From Candidatus Eiseniibacteriota bacterium (GTDB lineage: Bacteria > Arandabacterota > Arandabacteria > Arandabacterales > Arandabacteraceae), in contig JBDRNT010000072.1 in the NCBI GenBank assembly GCA_043810925.1, forward strand, positions 1-64,000: DNA of 64,000 bases, in the 5' to 3' direction. The translations under genes and the position numbers were made by a program. Below the pieces are notes generated by a model. That model made no database searches. It was not told where the DNA came from and saw only the letters and a program-made list of their open reading frames with translations. The first letter of the stretch is position 1. The number at the start of each line of letters is the position of its first letter. This document shows, piece by piece, positions 58,706 through 64,000 of the stretch.

Positions 58706-59182
58706 TCAGGTAGATTGCCGTGCAGTCTTTGCGTCTTTTACGAGGGTTCTCAGCTCCTGCATAAATTCGGTTACGTCTTCGAAGTGTCGGTAGACTGATG
58801 CAAACCTCACGTAAGCCACTTCATCCAATTCCCGGAGATGCTTCATCACCCGTTCGCCTATCTCGGAGGATGCGATTTCCGACCTGAATTCTGTCTGGAG
58901 CTCCGAGACGATTGCATCTGTAACCTCCTCTATTCGCTGTCTCGGGATCGCTCGCTTCTCACAGGCCTTCAGGATCCCCTCGAGGATCCTGCGCCGGTCG
59001 AATTCCTGTCGGCGTCCGTCCTTTTTGACCACAATCATCTGACCCGGTTCGATATACTCGTAAGTCGTGTACCTGTGCCCACATTCAAGACACTCCCTCC
59101 TTCTTCGGGTCACAGTACCGTCTTTGGTGGATCTGGAGTCGATTACCTTGTCTTCTTCGTAGCCACAGGACGGACATTTCAT
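58706..59182 (-). CDS. nrdR: transcriptional repressor NrdR
   Basis: MKCPSC, RRRRECLEC, VVKKDG, AYVRFASVY. Confidence 0.97.
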   Translation of the reverse strand: MKCPSCGYEEDKVIDSRSTKDGTVTRRRRECLECGHRYTTYEYIEPGQMIVVKKDGRRQEFDRRRILEGILKACEKRAIPRQRIEEVTDAIVSELQTEFRSEIASSEIGERVMKHLRELDEVAYVRFASVYRHFEDVTEFMQELRTLVKDAKTARQST

Positions 59183-59190
59183 GCCGAATA

Positions 59191-59243
59191 CTCCAATATG
59201 TAGGGTCTGCATGCAATGTACACCCAAGATATGGGGCTGTCAA
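59191..59243 (-). promoter_or_regulatory. sigma70 promoter with tandem NrdR boxes
   Basis: Boxes CTCCAATATGTAGGGT (59191-206) and ACCCAAGATATGGGGC (59222-237), 31 bp apart; TTGACA (59238-43)-N17-TACATT (59215-20). Confidence 0.8.
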
Positions 59244-59314
59244 GTCTTTTTGCAGGTGGTCTCAGAAGTGGGGATTAGGTGAGTACCGAAGAGGCGAATT
59301 CGCACATATTTATC

Positions 59315-59827
59315 TCAAAAACCCTCAAAATCTCTCAAATCCGTTGAACAAACATCAACATCGGCTTCTTTGAGCATGACCGCCGAGAGATCGTCCGGAT
59401 ACTGCTCCTCGACGACCAGTCTGCGTATCCCTGAATTGATGATCATCTTGGCACAGAGCACGCATGGAAAGTGCGTGCAATAGAGGGTCGAGTCCTTGAT
59501 GCTGACACCGAACGCAGCTGCCTGAACGATCGCATTCTGTTCCGCATGGATGCCTCTGCAGAGCTCGTGCCGCTCTCCGGCCGGGACCCTCTCCCTCTCT
59601 CTCAGACAACCCATCTCCGAGCAATGCTTCAATCCTCTGGGAGCTCCGTTATATCCGGTGGTGAGGATTCGCTTGTCTTTTACAACGATCGCTCCGACCT
59701 GTCTTCTAAGACATGTCGACCTCTCTCTCACCTTTGCGGCGATCGAGAGAAAGTACTGATCCCAGCTCGGGCGATCAGCCTGCCTGGCTGTTTTCGAAGT
59801 CCGTGATCTTTCCGACTCTTCGGCCAT
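59315..59827 (-). CDS. dCMP deaminase (ComEB-like)
   Basis: [35 protein letters not shown]. Confidence 0.92.
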   Translation of the reverse strand: MAEESERSRTSKTARQADRPSWDQYFLSIAAKVRERSTCLRRQVGAIVVKDKRILTTGYNGAPRGLKHCSEMGCLRERERVPAGERHELCRGIHAEQNAIVQAAAFGVSIKDSTLYCTHFPCVLCAKMIINSGIRRLVVEEQYPDDLSAVMLKEADVDVCSTDLRDFEGF

Positions 59828-60224
59828 GTCTACCACCCTCGAATGGAGTGTTGAGCCACCGGTCAAGTACTGCGATGGCGGTGCCGGAATCTATGAGTTT
59901 CTGTCCCAGTACGAGTACGTTACAGTCCACGTGCGCTCTACTCTGTGCGGCGGTATCGACGTCGGAGGCGAGCGCGGCGCGGACCCCTCTCACCTTGTTC
60001 GCGGCAACACACATACCGACCCCCGTCGAGCAGACAAGTACGCCGTAGTCGCACTCTCCGCAGGCAACGGCACCGGCCGCTTTGAATGCGAAGTCCGGAT
60101 AGTCAACGGACTCGCTTCCGGTCGTACCGAAGTCATCGACTTCAACTCCCGCGCCGGTCAAGTGACTCTTGAGTTTCTCCTTCAACTCCAAGCCTGCATG
60201 GTCACTTCCCATCGCAATCTTCAT
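59775..60224 (-). CDS. rpiB: ribose-5-phosphate isomerase B
   Basis: [34 protein letters not shown]. Confidence 0.95.
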   Translation of the reverse strand: MKIAMGSDHAGLELKEKLKSHLTGAGVEVDDFGTTGSESVDYPDFAFKAAGAVACGECDYGVLVCSTGVGMCVAANKVRGVRAALASDVDTAAQSRAHVDCNVLVLGQKLIDSGTAIAVLDRWLNTPFEGGRHGRRVGKITDFENSQAG

Positions 60225-60709
60225 CCCTTCCTCCTTCTCGCCTTAAGAGCACGCTTGACTCGTGGTAGTACCTTCATGATCTCATCACCGAGCTCCCGGG
60301 CACACTCGACATAGACCTCAGGTGGATGTCCCACCGGGTCGGCGATCCTTCTGCGGGACGATCTCGTGTAGTCGCAAATCACAAACGTCCTGTCCGATAC
60401 GTCCGGCCAGCGCTGCGTGATCTCATCGCGTTGGGCCGGGCCCATGGTGAGGATCAGATCGGCCCTCCGCACACGTCGCTGTGTAAGCGACCGGGACGTG
60501 AATCCGGCAAGCGACAAACCCAGATGCCGCGCTGCAAATACTGATCCCTCGGACGCCCTTCCCCCGTCAAAAGCCGCGGTACCCGCGGAAGAGACATACA
60601 CTTTCTTCAGCCCGGCTTCACGTAGCGCGCTCTTCATCATGATCTCGGCAAGCGGACTCCGGCACGAATTGCCCGTACAGACAAAGAGGATCGAAAACGT
60701 CTTCTTCAA
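60221..60709 (-). CDS. low-molecular-weight protein Arg/Tyr phosphatase
   Basis: LFVCTGNSCRSPLAE, SSAGT, IADP. Confidence 0.92.
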   Translation of the reverse strand: MKKTFSILFVCTGNSCRSPLAEIMMKSALREAGLKKVYVSSAGTAAFDGGRASEGSVFAARHLGLSLAGFTSRSLTQRRVRRADLILTMGPAQRDEITQRWPDVSDRTFVICDYTRSSRRRIADPVGHPPEVYVECARELGDEIMKVLPRVKRALKARRRKG

Positions 60710-60721
60710 GCTCGAACCTTC

Positions 60722-61333
60722 CTAAAGAAAGACTCTTCCCTGGCGGAGGATCTTGCACCCACGCGGCCGCACCTTAACGATGGTTGACGGCAAAGAGCTC
60801 TCGACCGGTCCACCATCAAGAAGCAGGTCTATCTTGCCGGCAAAGTCGGCGAGCACCTCCTCCGGACTCATCGCGGGGCTCTTCCCCCGAACGTTGGCGC
60901 TGGGTGCAGCAAGTGGAATGCCGCAGGCTCTGAGTATCGACTGCGTGAGGACGTCATTGGGGATCCTCAAGGCCACGCTTCCGTCGGGTCCGGCAACACA
61001 CTCCGGAACTCTGTCCGAGGCTTCGAAGACGATGGTCAGGGGTCCCGGCCAGTACTCCTCCATCAGTCTTCGGTGTTTCGCGCTTATCGGTGATGCGAGC
61101 TCCGAAACAACACCCAGGTCCGGCACGATTATCACAAACGGATCCTGCGGGTCCCTGACCTTGATAGCACGGAGCCGTTCGATCGCCTGTGGCGAGTATA
61201 TGCTTGCCGCGAAGCCATATGTCGTATCAGTGGGAAAGCAGACGATGCCGCCTCTATCGATCGTGTCGGCGGCGACCTTCACCGATTCCCATTCGGGCAT
61301 CTGTCTTGTTATGGCGACGACTTTCGTTTTCAT
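60722..61333 (-). CDS. tsaC: L-threonylcarbamoyladenylate synthase (YrdC/Sua5)
   Basis: FPTDTTYG, WPGPLT, ALRIP, APSAN, PSTIV. Confidence 0.92.
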   Translation of the reverse strand: MKTKVVAITRQMPEWESVKVAADTIDRGGIVCFPTDTTYGFAASIYSPQAIERLRAIKVRDPQDPFVIIVPDLGVVSELASPISAKHRRLMEEYWPGPLTIVFEASDRVPECVAGPDGSVALRIPNDVLTQSILRACGIPLAAPSANVRGKSPAMSPEEVLADFAGKIDLLLDGGPVESSLPSTIVKVRPRGCKILRQGRVFL

Positions 61334-61345
61334 GCGGCCAACCTC

Positions 61346-62668
61346 TTAGAAGCTCAGCATGGCGAATCTCAGAATGAAGAGACCCGCCAGTACATATACT
61401 ACGATACTCACGTCCTTCCAGCGACCTGAAAATGCTTTTATCAAAGGATAGCTGATGAAACCGATTGCCAGACCGTTGGCGATACTGTAAGTCAGGGGCA
61501 CCGCTATTATCGTAAGAAACGCAGGTATCGCCTCATCGGCGGCGTCCCACCTGACCTTCCCAACGATGCCCATCATCAGGCTCCCGACGATGATCAGTGC
61601 GGGTGCCGTCGCCGCTGCGGGCACTATCGCGGCAGCCGGGGCGATCACGATGCAGGCGAGAAACAGTATCGCAACGACGACGCCGGTAAGACCGGTTCTA
61701 CCTCCTTCGCTGATTCCGGCCGCGCTCTCGATGTAGGTTGTGACCGTCGATGTGCCGAGCACCGAGCCGATAATCGTACCGCCCGCGTCGGCTAGGAGCG
61801 CACGGTCGGCCCTCGGAAGTTTGCCGTCCACCATGAAACCGCCCCGCTGGCCGATACCTACAAGCGTTCCCATGGTGTCGAAGAGATCTATGAAGAGGAA
61901 AACAAAGACGATATTGAGCAGGCCCATCTTGAGTGCGCCCCTGATATCGAGCGCGAAGAAGGTCGGTCTGAAATCCGGAATACTCACGAGCTTATCCGGC
62001 ACGTCGACAAGTCTCAAAGCGATCCCGACCAGCGTGGTCACAATGATACCGAAGAGGATGGCGCCCTTGACCTTCCGCGCCATCAGCACACCCGTAAAAA
62101 TAAGCCCGAAAAACGAAAGCAGGGTAAGCGGTGCGGTGAGATCGCCCAGAGTGACGAACGTCATCTCACCGCGCACCACGACTCCTGCGTTCTGCAGACC
62201 TATCATGGCAATGAAGATGCCGATCCCCGCTGCGATGCCGATTTTGATAGCATCGGGTACGGCGTTTATTATCACCGACCGGATTCGTGAGAGCGTTAGC
62301 ACGACGAATATGCACCCGGAGAGAAAGACGGCACCGAGCGCGACCTTCCATGCATCCTCCACACCAAGCGTACTTGCGATAAACGGCACGGCCGTATAGG
62401 TGAAATAGAGATTGATACCCATGCCCGGGGCCAGCGCGAACGGGTAGTTCGCAGCCAGCGCCATTATAAGCGTGGCCACCGCCGCAGACACGCAAGTCGC
62501 GAAGAGCACTGCATCAAACGGCATACCCGCATGCGCCAGGATCGCGGGGTGAACGAAAATCACGTAGGCCATGGTCATAAAGGTGGCAAGTCCGGCAACT
62601 ATCTCCGTCTTGACGGTCGTTTGGTTCCGGCTGAGCTGGAAGATGCGTTCAAGCAACATTTCGTGCAC
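61346..62668 (-). CDS. NCS2/AzgA-family purine permease
   Basis: TFMTMAY, ALAPGMG, DLFDTMGT, TYIESAAG..GGRTGL. Confidence 0.92.
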   Translation of the reverse strand: MHEMLLERIFQLSRNQTTVKTEIVAGLATFMTMAYVIFVHPAILAHAGMPFDAVLFATCVSAAVATLIMALAANYPFALAPGMGINLYFTYTAVPFIASTLGVEDAWKVALGAVFLSGCIFVVLTLSRIRSVIINAVPDAIKIGIAAGIGIFIAMIGLQNAGVVVRGEMTFVTLGDLTAPLTLLSFFGLIFTGVLMARKVKGAILFGIIVTTLVGIALRLVDVPDKLVSIPDFRPTFFALDIRGALKMGLLNIVFVFLFIDLFDTMGTLVGIGQRGGFMVDGKLPRADRALLADAGGTIIGSVLGTSTVTTYIESAAGISEGGRTGLTGVVVAILFLACIVIAPAAAIVPAAATAPALIIVGSLMMGIVGKVRWDAADEAIPAFLTIIAVPLTYSIANGLAIGFISYPLIKAFSGRWKDVSIVVYVLAGLFILRFAMLSF

Positions 62669-62684
62669 CCGCTTGCTTCGGTGA

Positions 62685-63149
62685 CTATTTTGCCAGGGCC
62701 CGCTTGTAGGCCCTGAGTTTCCTCTTTATGACCGGGTTTCCGAGCGCAAGTATCTCTGCCGCGAGGATCGCGGCATTGTGTGCGCCGGCCGCACCTATCG
62801 CCATGGTAGCGACAGGAACACCCGAAGGCATCTGTACGATCGAGTAGAGCGCATCGGTACCCTTCAACGCGGATCCTTCAAGCGGCACGCCGATTACCGG
62901 CAGCGTGGTCTCGGCTGCGATCACGCCGGGCAGGTGCGCGGCCATGCCGGCCCCTGCGATGATCACCTTTATGCCCCGTCTGACTGCGGACCTGGCAAGA
63001 TCCCGCGTCTTCCGAGGATTGCGATGCGCCGACACAACGTGAGTGGTGTAGCCTATGCCGAAGCGATCGAGCGTTGCGCACGTCCGTTCCATCACGGGAA
63101 GATCGGACTTGCTGCCCATCACAACGGCGACCTCAACCTTGCTCAGCAC
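62685..63149 (-). CDS. purE: N5-CAIR mutase
   Basis: VMGSKSD, SAHR, AGMAAHLPG, QMPSGVPVAT. Confidence 0.96.
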   Translation of the reverse strand: MLSKVEVAVVMGSKSDLPVMERTCATLDRFGIGYTTHVVSAHRNPRKTRDLARSAVRRGIKVIIAGAGMAAHLPGVIAAETTLPVIGVPLEGSALKGTDALYSIVQMPSGVPVATMAIGAAGAHNAAILAAEILALGNPVIKRKLRAYKRALAK

Positions 63150-64000
63150 TCGATCACCCCCGCCTTCTCCAGTCTCCTGAGTCCCTTGAGCCCGATATCA
63201 CTGCGCATGTGCGCTCCCTCAAAGTTGACCGCCCTGCATGCATGATAGGTCTTACGTCTGGCTTCCCTCAGTGTACTGCCGCTACCCGTGACTGCGAGCA
63301 CGCGGCCGCCCGATGTGATGAGGCCCCCGTCATCCTGCCGGTTCGTACCTGCATGGAACACGACCACGTCTTCGCGCGACAGGGCTTCACCAAGTCCTGT
63401 TATCTCTTTGCCCGTGGCATAACTCCCCGGGTATCCGCCGGAGGCCATCACGACACTCACGGCCCAGCGGGAGGCCGTCACGCACTCCGTCCGTTCGAGT
63501 CTCCCCTGCGAGGCCCTGAGAAGCAGATCGCTGAGATTTATGTCGATTGCCGGCAGTATCGACTGGATCTCCGGATCGCCGAACCGGGCATTGAACTCTA
63601 TAACAAAAATGCCCTCATCATTGAGCATGAGCCCGGCATAGATCACACCTCTGTAGGTTATACCTTCCTTCTCAAGCCCCCTGAGCACCCTTCTTATTAT
63701 GTTGTTCTCAATGTAGTCGAGCGCTTCCCGATCCACCACGGGGGCGGGGCAGTATGCACCCATGCCCCCGGTGTTGGGCCCATGGTCGCGGTCGTGAATC
63801 GGTTTGTGGTCCTGCGACGGGGGCAGTATGACGTAATGCTCTCCGTCGGTGACGGCGAGTACCGATGCCTCTTCCCCGGTCAAACGTTCCTCTATCACGA
63901 CCGTGTCTCCGGCATCACCGAATGTCTTCTTCCCCATGATCATCTCGACTGCCGAGTGGGCCTCCTCGCTGTCTGCGGGGATAATCGCACCCTTTCCCCG
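63143..64000 (-). CDS. purD: phosphoribosylamine--glycine ligase (5' part outside window)
   Basis: SQDHK, GPNTGGMGAY, EFNARFGDPE, FHAGT, TSGGRVL. Confidence 0.96.
   Translation of the reverse strand, partial: RGKGAIIPADSEEAHSAVEMIMGKKTFGDAGDTVVIEERLTGEEASVLAVTDGEHYVILPPSQDHKPIHDRDHGPNTGGMGAYCPAPVVDREALDYIENNIIRRVLRGLEKEGITYRGVIYAGLMLNDEGIFVIEFNARFGDPEIQSILPAIDINLSDLLLRASQGRLERTECVTASRWAVSVVMASGGYPGSYATGKEITGLGEALSREDVVVFHAGTNRQDDGGLITSGGRVLAVTGSGSTLREARRKTYHACRAVNFEGAHMRSDIGLKGLRRLEKAGVIEC

Overview
64 kb of mostly core chromosome from a GC-rich anaerobic diderm bacterium (lgt, lnt, a Wzi-like outer-membrane protein and a C25 protease are present; an FCB-associated candidate lineage is a guess only). 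Almost every gene is on the minus strand. In transcription order (right to left): purD(partial)-purE-NCS2 permease-tsaC-LMW phosphatase-rpiB-dCMP deaminase; an NrdR-box promoter before nrdR-nrdD-thioredoxin-nrdG, running directly into rnfCDGEA-lipoprotein-rnfB-tatC; hdrCBA-mvhD/flxD-flxCBA-menA-like; polyprenyl synthase-apbE-NusG-II-Gx-rseC-rsfS-argS; a sigma28-type promoter before a HEAT-repeat + HD-GYP pair; a small accessory patch (secreted protein on +, Fe-S gene remnant, methyltransferase, DUF2007-like, GT-C); a hypothetical, purM, a sensor-less sigma54 activator, lnt; asd-ecfT-truA-transaldolase-HtrA-purBLQ-(tandem purS)-purF-radC-mreBCD-mrdA-rodA-lgt-comF-Wzi-C25 peptidase (truncated). 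Best leads: two ~170-190 nt intergenic rod-shaped hairpins sharing a conserved apical motif; an Rnf + Hdr-Flx + FLEET-like energy cluster with an expanded RnfG and an inserted lipoprotein; a 32-bp perfect inverted-repeat element; a single-chain tandem PurS; a C-terminal WGxIK motif. No rRNA, tRNA, CRISPR array or transposase was recognised. All calls come from manual reading, with no database searches.
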